Shown here one piece after another: positions 38,263 to 50,313 of a DNA stretch of 64,000 nt (positions are counted from its first letter, which is position 1; each line of letters starts with the position of its first letter). The stretch is from Mesotaenium endlicherianum (taxonomy: Eukaryota). The stretch covers positions 1 through 64,000 of the forward strand of contig WELA01001776.1 in NCBI GenBank assembly GCA_009602735.1, written 5' to 3'. The notes under the pieces are model-generated. The model was not told where the DNA came from. It searched no databases and saw nothing but the letters and a program-made list of their open reading frames with translations. Position numbers and translations under genes: made by a program.

Positions 38263-41200
38263 CTATGACCTTACATCATCCCCCTCCTCAAGATGCGACG
38301 TCCTCGACGCATTCTGCAAATAACGCCTCAACTTACTCTTACAATGAGTCAAGTTGGCCTCCGGCTCCCAAGTGTTGTCGTCCGCATGGTAGCCTTTCCA
38401 CTTGACCAGATACTCTTGGGCAAATCGTTGACCTCGCTTGACTCGTCGATCGCCGACAATCGCCTCCACTTCATACTCCAATACATCATCGATCTCGACC
38501 GGTGGTGGCGGTGTAGGTAGTCGTCCCGGATGTCCTTCATTTGAGTCAATGTATGGCCGCAATCAACTGGCATGGAACACATCATGGATACGCCAGCCTG
38601 AAGGAAGTTCCAACTTGTAGGTCACTGGATTAACCTGCTTGAGCACCAGAAAGGGACCTGTAAACCGTGCCCGCAGTTTCCTCTTGCCTGTGAAAGGTAG
38701 GTTCTCTGTTGACAAGAGTACTTTGTCGCCCACATGGAATGTCACTTCCCTCCTGTGCTTGTTAGCATGCTTGACCTGCTCTTCCTGTACCTTCTGAATA
38801 CAAGTCTTTGCCATGTCCCAAATCTTGGCCATCTTCTCCATAAAAGCTTGTGTAGTAGGAACCCGAGTCTCCTTGGCCTTTTCCAACAAGATGTTCCCTG
38901 GATGATATACTTCTCGCCCATAAACCATAGCGAATGGTAACTGCTTGGTGGATCCCTGCACGCTATTGTTGTAGGCAAACTCCAACCCTGGCAGCTTCTT
39001 GTCCCACTCTAAAGGGTCTTCCATAGTGAAACTCCTGAGCACCTCTTGCAGGATTCTGTTGAGCCTCTCACTCTGCCCGTTTGTCTGAGGATGATACGCA
39101 GTACTCATACTCAGCTTGGTCCCCATCAAAGTAAACAATGACCGCCAAAAGTTGCTAGTAAACCTTGGATCTTGATCTGAAACAATCACCTTCGGCAACC
39201 CATGTAGCCTGAAAATATGATCAAAGAACAGCTGTGCCACATTTGCTGCCGTACAAGTCTCCTTCATGGGAATGAAGTGTGCCATCTTGCTAAGCCGATC
39301 AGACACGACCCAAACTGTGCCGTGCCCTTGACCACTCACTGGTAAAGATGTGATGAAGTCCATAGCAATCTGCTCCCAAGGATACTTTGGAATAGGCAGG
39401 GGCTGCAATATACCTCCCTTCTTTTGATTTGGTGTCTTGTTTCTCTGGCACGCTCGCAACTCCTAATCCACTCATTGATGTCCTTGTCCATATTTCTCCA
39501 ATAGTACTCCCGCTTGAGCACGCTCGCCGTCTTCTCGCTTCTAAAGCGTCCACCATATAAGCATTCATGATACTCCGCAAGTAATATGTCTCGTAGCTCC
39601 TTGATGTCAGATACCACCACTCTCTTGGAATCACCATATGTACCATATCATATGCCGTCCTCCTTTTGCATACTTGAGTTGGACTCAGCTGCTCCACCGT
39701 GAACAAACTCTGAGTCGTCTTCATGACCTTTCTGAAGCTTCTCCTTGAAGTCCATACTCTCCTTGATGACTGAGACAGCTGCAAGGTCACACCTCCTGGA
39801 TAAAGCGTCTGCAGGGTTGATCTTCCCAGGTAAGTACTCAATCTTGTGGTCAAACTGTTGCAAAAACTCCATCCACCTTGCTTGTCTTGGTGTCAACGTT
39901 GGCTGCGTCATAAACTTCTCCAAGCTCTTGTGGTCGATCTTGATCAATACCTTCCTTTCGTCCACATAACATCGCCAAATCCTCAAAGCTTGGATAATAG
40001 CCAACATCTCCCGCACGTGTGCTGCATAGTTTTGCTCAGCAGGTTTCAACTTCCTGCTCTCATATGCTACAGGTTGCAATCCTTTGCCCTGGTCCTGGAG
40101 AAGAATGGCTCCCACTGCAAAGTTTGATGCGTCCGTGATGATGGTGAAAGGAAGCTCTAGACTTGCAATTGCCAACACAGGTGCCTGTGTCAACAGCCCC
40201 TTAATCTTCTCAAAGGTTTGCTGCTCCTTGTCACCCCATAGCCACTTCTCCTGCTTCTTCAACATGTCCGTGAGCGGTGCACACACCTTGGCAAATCTTT
40301 CAATAAAACATCGATAATAATTCGCCATGCCGAGGAAACTCCCGAGTCGATGAATATCAGCAGGTACCGGCCAATCTCTGACTGCTTGCACCTTCTTCTG
40401 CTCCACCTTGACTCCTTCAGCTCCCACTACGTGCCCAAGAAACTCGACCTCCTTGAGATCGAAGTCGCACTTGCTCATCTTCCCATATAACTTCTGATCT
40501 CTCAAGACCTCCAACACCTTCCTCAGATGCTCCACATGCTCTTCCAAGGTCTTCGAATAGATCAAGATGTTGTCCAAAAATACCACCACAAGCTGGTCCA
40601 AGTAGGGTCTGAAGATACTATTTATGAGTCCCATGAATGTAGCAGGTGCATTAGTCAATCTGAAAGGCATGACTGTAAACTTGAATAAACCATAGCGAGT
40701 CCTGAAAGCAGTCTTCAGAACATCTCCTTCCACAATCCGTACCTGGTGATACCCACTCCTCAAATCGATCTTCGAGGAATACTTCGCCCCGACAAGCCTG
40801 TCAATCAACTCGTCCACTCGTGGAAGTGGGTACCTGTTCTTGATGGTGACCTTGTTGAGTACCCGGTAGTCGACACACATCCTCATAGTCCCATCCTTCT
40901 TCTTCACAAGTAAGACTGGTGCTGCAAATGGAGACTCGCTGGGTCGGATGAATCCCTTCTCCAATAACTTTGTCAGCTGCTTCTTCAACTCATCCAACTC
41001 CGCAAAGGATTGACGATAGGCGGGTCTCACTGGTGGCTTGCTCCCTGGTTCCAACTCAATCTTGTGCTCCATAGCTCTCTGTGGAGGTAATCCTGTAGGT
41101 AGTTCCTCAGGAAATACGTTCTTGAACTCTTCCAACAGCGCCTTAATTTGGGCAGGCATCTCAGCAGGCTTCTTCTCTTGAGCAGTTGGGCTCTGCTTCT

Positions 41201-41890
41201 TTTGAGGAAGGGGATTAGACACCACTACTTGCTCCTCCGGCGATGTACATTCGCCCAGGCTGTTAGGATTCACGCTTGCTCCACCTGATGACCTGGCCAG
41301 GGCCACCGAAACAAGGTACATCTCCTTCACCTGATTCGCCCTGCATAGCTTCTTAACTTGCAGGCTCGACAGAAGACAGTTACTTGTGGTCGCATCTACC
41401 TCTACGTGTTTCGCTGTCTCCATATGACCATCATGCCCTTGGACTTCCACTTGTCCTGTGCTCCAGTGCACTCGAGGGTTGGCTTTCCTCGGCCATGGTC
41501 GGCCCAATATCACCTCATGGTGACCCAACTCTGCCCGCTCCATAACTTCCTTACTCTGGTGCCCCGCTACTTCCACGTGAATAGCTTCCGTAGGTGCACC
41601 ACACTCGAGTCTCTGCCCATTCGCCAAAATTGCCTCCTTTGGCTCATAATTCTTCTGCTCAGGGATTTGCCACTCTTTCACCAGCTTCTTGTGCACAAAG
41701 TTTGCACTTGCGCCACTGTCAACCATACACTTCGCCTTGTTGCCGTCGACTACTCCTTCCACAATGATAGGCTTGTCAACATCTTGTCTTTCGGTTCTCG
41801 ACAGGCTCCTCGGGATAACCTTCTTGTGAGGTGACTTCTTCACGCCAGTAGACACCCCAAAACGACTTACTGGCGTCCTCCTTTTTCCTG
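38263..41890 (-). pseudogene. pol: A2 pol: PR-RT-RH-INT-chromodomain
   Basis: 767-aa PR-RT-RH ORF (catalytic FLDD mutated to FLDN), then frameshifted INT and chromodomain. Confidence 0.94.
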
Positions 41891-42807
41891 TTGTTGAGGT
41901 TGCTTCGCCTTCATACGACAGTGTTGAGCCAGATGTCCAAGCTTGCCACAATTATAGCAGGGTCCTCTTGGCTTAAAATTTTGCTGCCTGCGTTGGTACT
42001 GAACAAGTCCCAAGTCTATAGGTATCGGACCTTGAACACTCGTGCTTGAGATCCAAAGTGTCGATATCCTCCAAAGTTGTGGCTGCCCCACTGCCTCTGA
42101 CTATACTCCACAGCGTCGACACTTGTTGCCAATGCCATCATTTCTCCAAGACTGGTAGGGTCCTTGAGCGCCACTTCCTTGGTCCCAGTTGTCTTGAGTT
42201 CCCTTTTGAACTTGTCCATTATCTCCGACTCGTGCATGGACGGAAATTCAAGCACCAGCTCGTTGAAGCACGAAACATACTCTTGAACACTTCCTCGTTG
42301 ACGAAGGCGCACCAATAGATCTCGTGTAGTAGCCTCGGGTGCAATAGGTTGAAATTGCCTCTTCAAGCCTTCAAAGAGCTGATCAATAGTAGCAGGGACT
42401 CCAGACAGCTGCTCCTGTCGCTCACACCAAGCTCTAGCACTCTTCTTCAGCAAAGTAATCACAAAGGCGACTTGCCTGTGGGGCGTGAGCGCAGAATACT
42501 CCATAAACTTCTTCACTCCAAAAATCCATTGATGAACAGCCGGCGATCCACGCTCTCCAGTATAAACTTCAGGCTTAGGCGCACGCACTCCTGATGCGGG
42601 TGGAATAACTGGTTGCACCACTGGATTAACATGAATGGGTGGCACAACAGGTACCGAACTCGTCGAAGCGGCGTCCCCCATAACAACTCGCACAATTCTC
42701 TCCACCTCCGCGCGCATATTTTGTTGAAACTGGGTGTAGACTTCTCCTCCAATTGCATTCGTCATTTGCCTCAGCATCGTCTGCATTTCTTGTTGCTCTC
42801 TGGTCAT
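41867..42807 (-). pseudogene. gag: A2 gag
   Basis: Close homologue of A1 gag; frameshift near 42045; [14 protein letters not shown]. Confidence 0.92.
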
Positions 42808-43682
42808 CGTTGGTGCTGCCTGTTGCCCCGCGCGCTCAACATGCTCGACATGTTCACCTCCTCCAGCTGCCGACTGCGACTCCGTAATATAATATGCAAA
42901 CTAGCCCAGCTTCGATACCAGATGAAAGGGGCAGAGTGCCCTAGTGGAACCGTAGTGACTCACGAGGAAAAGAACTAGTTGCAATCATACTAAAGAGTGC
43001 AGCGGCATATTGCTAAGAAAGCTTAGGAAAATTACTCAACGTTTAGAGTAGCAAGAAATTGCTCACACATGATGTAGGATAGGAGGCCTTGTCATTACAA
43101 ATCCGTAGAAATTTACAGAAGTGAAAATCGATAAGAAATGAAGTAGTTATGTCTATTTATAGTTTTTTACGACGTCCGCTCGCCCCTAGGCGGGAGGGCC
43201 GCTTAGCAACGGACTTTCCTAGGAGTTTGTCAAATTGTCCCTTCTAGAATTATCGTGAGAAAGCCAGATCAGTCTCATTTGACGTGTCGGGCCGATTTGA
43301 CGTCTACGTGCATGCATCAAAATATCTAGAATATACTAACTTAGACGCGCTAGGCTAATCCGAAACTTCTAGGTAAATCGACCTAGTCGGCACTCCGCGT
43401 CAGCCAAACTTACGTGAAGGTTCGAATCCACTCTAACGGCCCAGATCGCTTGACGCTGTCGGTCAATCCGACGGTCGCGCTCACCGCAAATTAAGGACAG
43501 TCGTCAACCGACCTCAAAATTAATTAAACTTTGGAAATCCCTAACTCTCTCAATACTTAACTAAATTCGATGAACTTTATATCAAAATGATCACTAAAAT
43601 GCACCCTAGACTTCTATAAAGTCAGGACTTTCTTTCATGAAACTCAAAAATTGACTTTATATACCTATGACCATACATCGCC

Positions 43683-44285
43683 ATACCAGATCCTGTTTGG
43701 AAGGAGCCCAATAGTGCCCAGCATCAGATAGTGAAGAGGTCAAAGATCTGGACAGCATGAGCTGTTTAAAGTCATGGTACACCGGAAGGCGTTATTTGAA
43801 TGCATGATGCCATGCGTTCAAATAACGCTCTGTTGCTCTGGACAACTTGAAAATTGCGCGAAAAAGAGACACACAACGCTATGTAAAGACACAAGGTGGA
43901 AGCTACCGCCTACAGATGACTCAGATTAAAGGAGATTTTGTCTACAGAAAGCGGCAGACCAAGACCACCATCGACACTAGTTCAGGTGCATTAACCTTGC
44001 GCGTGAAACATGCTTTTGGAAATGGTGCGCTAGAGTTGGAAGGCTCTGACGGCAGAATCATGAGGGATCATGTGTAGAATTGCTCGCTATGCCATTTGCC
44101 AAATATCAACCCAACGGTGAAGGCTGTGCCGGAGGAATTGGTGCCACTCACACCTTGTGCCAATTGCAAAGTGCTGGATGACCAAGAGGCTATGGTAACT
44201 TGCGATAAGTGTGGTGTTGAATGGCACACATTTTGCATTGGTGATGAAGAAGTCATGGGAGGACGCTAGGAATTCCCCACTGCCT
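43683..44285 (+). pseudogene. Element B integrase C-terminus plus PHD finger
   Basis: PYQILFGR resumes after the TSD; GALELEGSDG...NCSLCHLP; CANC-x10-CDKC-x4-H-x2-C from 44156, with a decayed W-x-C-P-x-C. Confidence 0.82.
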
Positions 44286-44367
44286 TCTTGAACCCCCTAA
44301 CTAAAAGGCTGTAAAATAGATAGCTTTCGTCTTAAGATGCAGGGAGGCCTCAGTTGAAAGGGAGGGG

Positions 44368-44986
44368 TGTAAGGGAAAAATGAAGGATGGAAAACTTTTT
44401 GCAAAAATCTGCTAAGTCTTGAAATAGGAATTGAAGAGGTTCTGCTCAGTGTGAGAACATTAAGTGTGGATCCCTTCTCCGCATTTGCTTCGATGGAGAA
44501 AGATCAGGAATGAGTCAACCACAGACAGCTTCTCACCGACACACGTGCTTGGGGCAATCGACCAGGTTGATTTACTTCGTGCAGAGATGCACCGACCAAT
44601 CGACCAGGAAAAGCCCACACGCGAGGAGGACCACCGACGCATCGACCAGGTCGATGGCACACGTGCTTGGAAGACTCACACGTGTCCAGGCCCCGACGCC
44701 GTTTGGCACGACATGATTCATGAAACAGCTCGTTAAACTTATCGGAGTACCTAGAAATATCGCTTTTGTTGCTGGAGGGCAATGTCGAACTAAGGGGGGT
44801 AGCCAGGCAACCAGCTATGCCGACTTCGGCGTGGCACAGTATCGCAATCTTTGTCGTAAGGGGCACGCACCATAAAAAGTACTCTCATTGTAGTATTTGA
44901 TAAGGACTTGAGAGGATCAAGGCAAACGCTTCTGAGACGTTGATGTTTGATCGAAGTTCCATGTTGTACGGCACAAAGTCTTCACA
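44368..44986 (+). repeat. Putative 3' LTR of element B
   Basis: Starts TGTAAG immediately after PPT gaaagggagggg; plausible end ...TTCACA. No second copy in the window, so the right boundary is uncertain. Confidence 0.6.
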
Positions 44987-46539
44987 AGTTTTCAGCCCAT
45001 TTTGCTCTAATGCGTAAGCAGTATAAGTAGCGTACTAAACACACGAATTGGACATCGAATTTGAGAACGACATTTTTGGCCGAAGAAAGAGTCAAATAGG
45101 ACCGCATTGTAGGAGTAGCCTTGAATGACGTGGTGTTGTAGTTAAGAGATCCGTATATACACACTTAATCGCGTGTAAATTCACGTGCGTCTACCTTCGT
45201 CAGAGTTGACCCGCATTGGCAGCCCTTGAACTTGCTGTATTACAACCCATCCTCGCAATCTAAATCGCTATTATGTTGAAATAACCATTTTACCAAATCG
45301 GGAAAACCCCGACTTGGAAGACTTGAAATTGCTCTTTTCACGATTTTCAAGAATGGGCGTGGAGTTGCCAGCTTCCTGCCCACATCCAGCTTGTGGCGTA
45401 CTGTGCCGCACGTATCCTCAACGTGCGTCCAATCTCTAATCCGACAATAAAACGAGCGGATGCGACGGATGGTGTCAGAAAATCGTACCCCCACTCCACA
45501 TTCGCCGATTATATTGAGCACTACGACTTATTTAAAACCTATCAAAATCAATCCGAACCCGTCAACGGGGTTCGGAGGTCAAATACCTGTCGGTTAAGTC
45601 AATGGGCGTGTGAAGAGGCGGTCGCACGTGTTTCAGGCAAAGTACATTTCCGACAGTGCACGTGCGTTACCTCACGGTAATTTACATAAAAATTGAATAT
45701 GAAGAAGTTTATATTCATGGTAGAATAATGAACAACAGTGGCGGAGTGTAGTCTCACGAGATGCGCATCGAATTTTGCTTGCGTCAAACGGCACGCACGT
45801 CAATGACCTGCGGGTCAATTAAGACATCGTCACACATTAAGCATGTAAAAGAGTGGCTGCGCATACATGGACCCATCTTTGTGCAATTACGCTTATATTC
45901 ATGTGCCGACGCACCATCGAGATTTCACGATCACAACACACGAATGCGCCAACAATTTTCTTTTTGCGTCACATTGGCATTTCAAAGGACGCTCACACAG
46001 ACGTCTGCAAGTGTGTGCGCTTATATGTACTCCCTTGAACCAACCCACCAACCCTTGTATTGTAAAGCATATGTGTGGAACCACATCTTCATCTTGTTAT
46101 GATTATTGTTTTATGCTTCCAATCTCGACAATGCGCAAAAGACAAATCCCTTAAAATAGTCGGTCGGTCTTTTTGTTACACAATCTATACATGTGTTGCT
46201 TGCAAAGTACTTCCTCGTTGATTAAGTACAACATGAAGTACCTCAACAAATGCCATCTCTCTTAGCTTCTCAATAACACTTAAATATGCGCTTCAGTAAG
46301 AACTTATGACTGTAAGGTAATGGAACAGGGAACTGAGGGGAGAAAAGGTAGTTGGGGAAAATGTAGCCACACTAGTGGGACAATGACATTTTCGAGAGTG
46401 ACAGTCAAGAAGTAGTCTGAGTAATCGTAGGTCTTCAGCCCCAAACATGTAATACTGGTGTAACGAATCATATTTTCAGGCGTACTTTTGGACATATTTC
46501 AAATTTGACCCGCACACTTCCATAGCAGGTGACTACCAA

Positions 46540-47350
46540 ACAAAGACACACAGGGCCTTACTCCTTCGCTTCAGCGGTAGGCCTGGATCCTGTGATCTAC
46601 ACACCTCTATGTTTGAGTTTGATGACTACTTTGGCAACGCACAGCTAAAGGCACCTACGCTCACCGAGCGCGAGGTGTACTTGGCTCGCTGATGCAAAAG
46701 ATACTAGCCTGCACAAAGCTTGTGGGAGAACCTCCAATCGCCACGTCACTTGTAGATCCCGTAACTCAATTTTGGACCATACTCAGGACGGAATGTCAAT
46801 CTTTTATTAAAAAGGTGTACAGGCTGCACCTTCTCCCGAGGGAAGGAAGAGACGACGTATAATTGCTTTATTAACCTACGCAGAGAAGTGGGCTCTGTCA
46901 TCAACCGTGAGGCCGCGAAGGTCTTTCTACTAGCTAGAGAGACATGAGAGAGAGGGCCATCGCACCTCCCATTGATTGTGTTGGCATTGAATAAACGTTG
47001 GCCGACGTCTAGGGCCGTGGAGAGACAGAGTCAATCTTGCGGTCGAACGCAGCAACATTAGTAAGCAGGTCGGATTCGGCGTCCACTGGCGTGCGCCAGG
47101 AGCTCTTGACACTCCTCTTCTCCTTTGCACACTTCACATCGGCTCGCTAGCCACTGCAACAGCTGTAGAGCAGCGTTGACAGTCTGCTACGCAGCAGCAC
47201 AGCGCTCCGCATGGCCGCATCTTTATGCATGATCGCCACTATGTAGAATAACCCTTGTTGAGGCTGCAGCAAGACTGGTCACTCTCGCCGGGACTGCACC
47301 ATTGCACAGAAAGACAAGCCAAACACTGCACTCACTGCAGCAATGTCGAG
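46540..47350 (+). pseudogene. Ancient gag relic of an unrelated retroelement
   Basis: FSGRPG...FEFDDYF N-terminal motif and zinc knuckle C*GCSKTGHSRRDC at ~47256-47297. Confidence 0.5.
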
Positions 47351-48028
47351 CTTCAACAGGTGAATTGGCTGTAGGAAAAGGGCGACCTCAAACACGGGCG
47401 GACCCGCGAAGGCTCGGCACCGACTTTGGGCCGACGCGCAGGACCGGCATCACCGCAATGAGTGCAGCCGTAGTGTGAGTTGACGCCGCTCTAAAATGTG
47501 GTGAGGACGCGTTCAATCACGACGCGATCAGCGACACGCTGGTTGCATCCGAGGGCGAGAAATATGGACGATGCATGCTGGACGCTATTTTCACTCGTGC
47601 CCGCAGCCGATGCTGTCACCTTGACACTTGGTGCATGCACAACTTCTGTATGACACCTGGCAGGACGGCGGGCTGCCGACAGGCGTAGTTGCGACAAGCA
47701 ATCTGCCATCGTCCACACGTCCGTGCGTTGACGCAACGCCATATGGTAATTGTACGATCGCTACGTTGTATTGTGTGATTATTGGAATATGGTCCGTAGA
47801 CCGGCACTCCTTATTCTACTTTGTTGTGACTAGGCAAGTGGGTGTCGCGTCGATACGTGACGCGCGCCAGGGTGTCAATAGCCTTGCTTGGTTTGTCGTT
47901 AGTCAATTTGGTTCGTAACATAGTCGTTTGTTGGTAATCGTTCGAATAAGTTAGTAATTATGAGTTGTCACTTCCACCCGACAACGAAGATGTCGTAAAC
48001 GTTCATAAACATTTGTGAACGTTTGTTA

Positions 48029-48066
48029 GGGGGGGCAGAGGGGCAGAGGGGGCAGAGGGGGCAGAG
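48029..48066 (+). repeat. G-rich minisatellite (GGGGCAGA)x4
   Basis: Directly visible. Confidence 0.85.
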
Positions 48067-48247
48067 TGGCGGAATGGTGTAGTGAGTTACTTAAGACCAT
48101 AAATTGTAACCCAGAAAACTAACTCACTGAAAGTGGAGAGTTGGGCACCTTGCATATTTTCGTGCTATCATATATTTTAAGTCGGAGTTCGTTCAAGTGT
48201 GTGAGTGACAAAGGGTGCCATGGACGAAGAAAGTAGTGAGTTTCAAC

Positions 48248-48961
48248 AGTGATAAATCAGTATATTGGTAGATAAAGTATTCATTTAAATGCAGTACTTA
48301 ATTAAGTTAAGTCTGCTCAATTTTAGTTGATATGAAGTCTGCTGGACTCTTAGTTATATTCAGTATAATGACTCAACCGATAGCAGCAGGCTAAAGTCCA
48401 CTTGAAACAGCTTGCTGCCACATTCTTTGACAGCCAGCTGATCGCCGTACGTGGTACCAGTAAATTGCCTAGTTCTGCATCTAAGTGTGATATGCTAGGT
48501 GAATGGCCGGATGATACTTTAGGTGGATGACAATTCGGGATGATGGGAGATGGCTGTGGATTTGGTTAGCCGAGGTCCTACCGACGAGTAACTCTTGGGT
48601 AGGCGGTGCAATCGCACTTGTCGTTGAACAATAAACTCATTCCATGTACGTATGCTAGGCAATGCTACTGAGTTTGGCATTTGGAAACGAGGCCAATTCT
48701 CTGTACAAAAGACCAAGAGCACATCTGAATCCAAGGCTGCAAGCCGTTACACGAACTGCTTACTAACCTTGCTTATGAATGAGTTTACTGATTGGACAAT
48801 TGATGCACGTTACTTGCATTTGACTTGTGAGTATTGCTTACTGCTAGTGATGTTGTCTTTTGCTGTTTAATAAGTAAATAGGAAATTCTATATAGATTAC
48901 TTGCAAATGTGAAGATCGTTTGATAACTGTTTATCGCATATAAGTAAGTCGATTTATTTTA
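48248..48961 (+). repeat. Diverged family-D solo LTR
   Basis: Full-length colinear similarity to 51087-51831; no PBS or PPT adjacent. Confidence 0.85.
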
Positions 48962-49808
48962 TATTAAGTTAACACCATACATATTACATGTTCATTTAAG
49001 GTTCTCCACAAACTTGTTAGTTGCTTCTTGGTAAGTCCATTTATTAATTTTGCAACTTTGAATCTGTGTTCTTTCAGTAACTTCTACAAACAATTGGTCT
49101 CATCTCCAAATAGCGCACACACAAAAACCTGAGGAGAACTTAAAACGCTACAAAATTCCTTCTATCAAAGTTAGGTTCATTATTAGTGAATATTAATTAC
49201 AACTCAATCTGTCACATATAGCCAATTACTCGGTTGACCATCCTATCATAGCCACACTAGTCAAGATCCTCCTGACGGTTACCCTGCTTCTACTTGAAGT
49301 CATATTTTATTATCTACCAATCACAATATTTTTGCTACCATTTACTTACTGACCTGCCGTCGTGCGCTACTATTTGTACCTCCCATTATACTAAAATCGG
49401 TTGCCTAGTTAAGATACACGCTTATACAGTCTCTTTTGGCCATATAGTACAAATTGTCATACGCAGTATAATCATGCGGCGTAAATTGCGTATAAATCGA
49501 TTTCCCAATTTATTCCCAAAAATTTATAGTCAATTTATATCACCGACGCTCACATATTACGCCGAAAGGCGACGTATTATTTTGGAAACCACGTACAATA
49601 CGTATGGTCTATACGCACTAACGTGTAAGCATATCCATACTTCACAATTATGATCGGTTAAATAAGGAGAATCATTCTTCAAACGACACGTAGACTGCGA
49701 GGAAAGACTCTTTTTTAATTTTCAGTAAGTAAGATATAACTATAAATTTTGGTGCTTTGTTCATTTTGTGACCCCAAAGCATAGGGAACTTTTTTGTTCG
49801 TGTTCAAT

Positions 49809-50313
49809 TGTAATGAAAAAGTATATTGGTATATATATATGAAAATAGTATTTTGTAATAGTTAAATGAGTTCACTTTGCTAAAGTTTAGTCAATATCAA
49901 GTCCGCTGGACTTCTAGTAATAATCAGTATAATGACCTAGCCGAGAGGAGCACGCTGAAGTGTACTTAAATCAGCTTGCTGACGCATTCTTTGACTGCCA
50001 GCTGACCGTCTTGAGCGGTACTAGCAAATTGCCTAGTAATGGATCCTTTTGTGATATGCTAGAACAGTGTCCAGATGACACCTTAGGGGGATTGCCATTC
50101 GAGATGATGGGAGAAGGTAGTGGATTTGATTATTTGATGTCCTATTGACCAGGTTATCTCCTAGGTAGGCGGTGCCATTACAGTGGCTCTTGAACATTAA
50201 ACTCATTCCATGTACATATGCTAGGTTTGCTATCAGGTTCGGCATTTGGAAACGAGGCTAACATACTGTACATACTACAAAAAGAATTATTAGATCCAAG
50301 GCTGCAAGCTATT
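49809..50313 (+). repeat. Old family-D LTR truncated by insertion of D3
   Basis: TGTAATGAA... colinear with the D LTR up to ccaaggctgcaagc, then an inverted D LTR begins. Confidence 0.8.

Larger units (their letters stand above)
37521..43677 (-). mobile_element. Family-A chromovirus copy A2, full length, decayed
   Basis: LTRs 37521-38275 and 42923-43677; TSD TCGCC; PBS tggtatcgaagc; same PPT as A1. Confidence 0.96.
4928..44986 (+). mobile_element. Element B: decayed Ty3/Gypsy encoding DNMT and PHD finger, split by four nested insertions
   Basis: Colinear Gag, PR, DNMT, RT, RH, INT and PHD remnants rejoin across TSDs TCATA, ATCGC, CTGGA/CTGCA and TCGCC; ends with PPT plus a TG..CA LTR. 5' LTR not found in the window. 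Confidence 0.8.

Noticed and set aside
44530..44690. CRISPR-like array
   Set aside because: Only 10-bp repeats, three units, inside a putative eukaryotic LTR, and no cas genes.
45240..46154. Short ORFs in the unique region as a host gene
   Set aside because: No recognisable domain or convincing exon structure; cannot be supported.
47997..48030. Hairpin AAACGTTCA...TGAACGTTT as a Helitron 3' end
   Set aside because: AT-rich and not followed by CTRR; no Rep/helicase remnant nearby.
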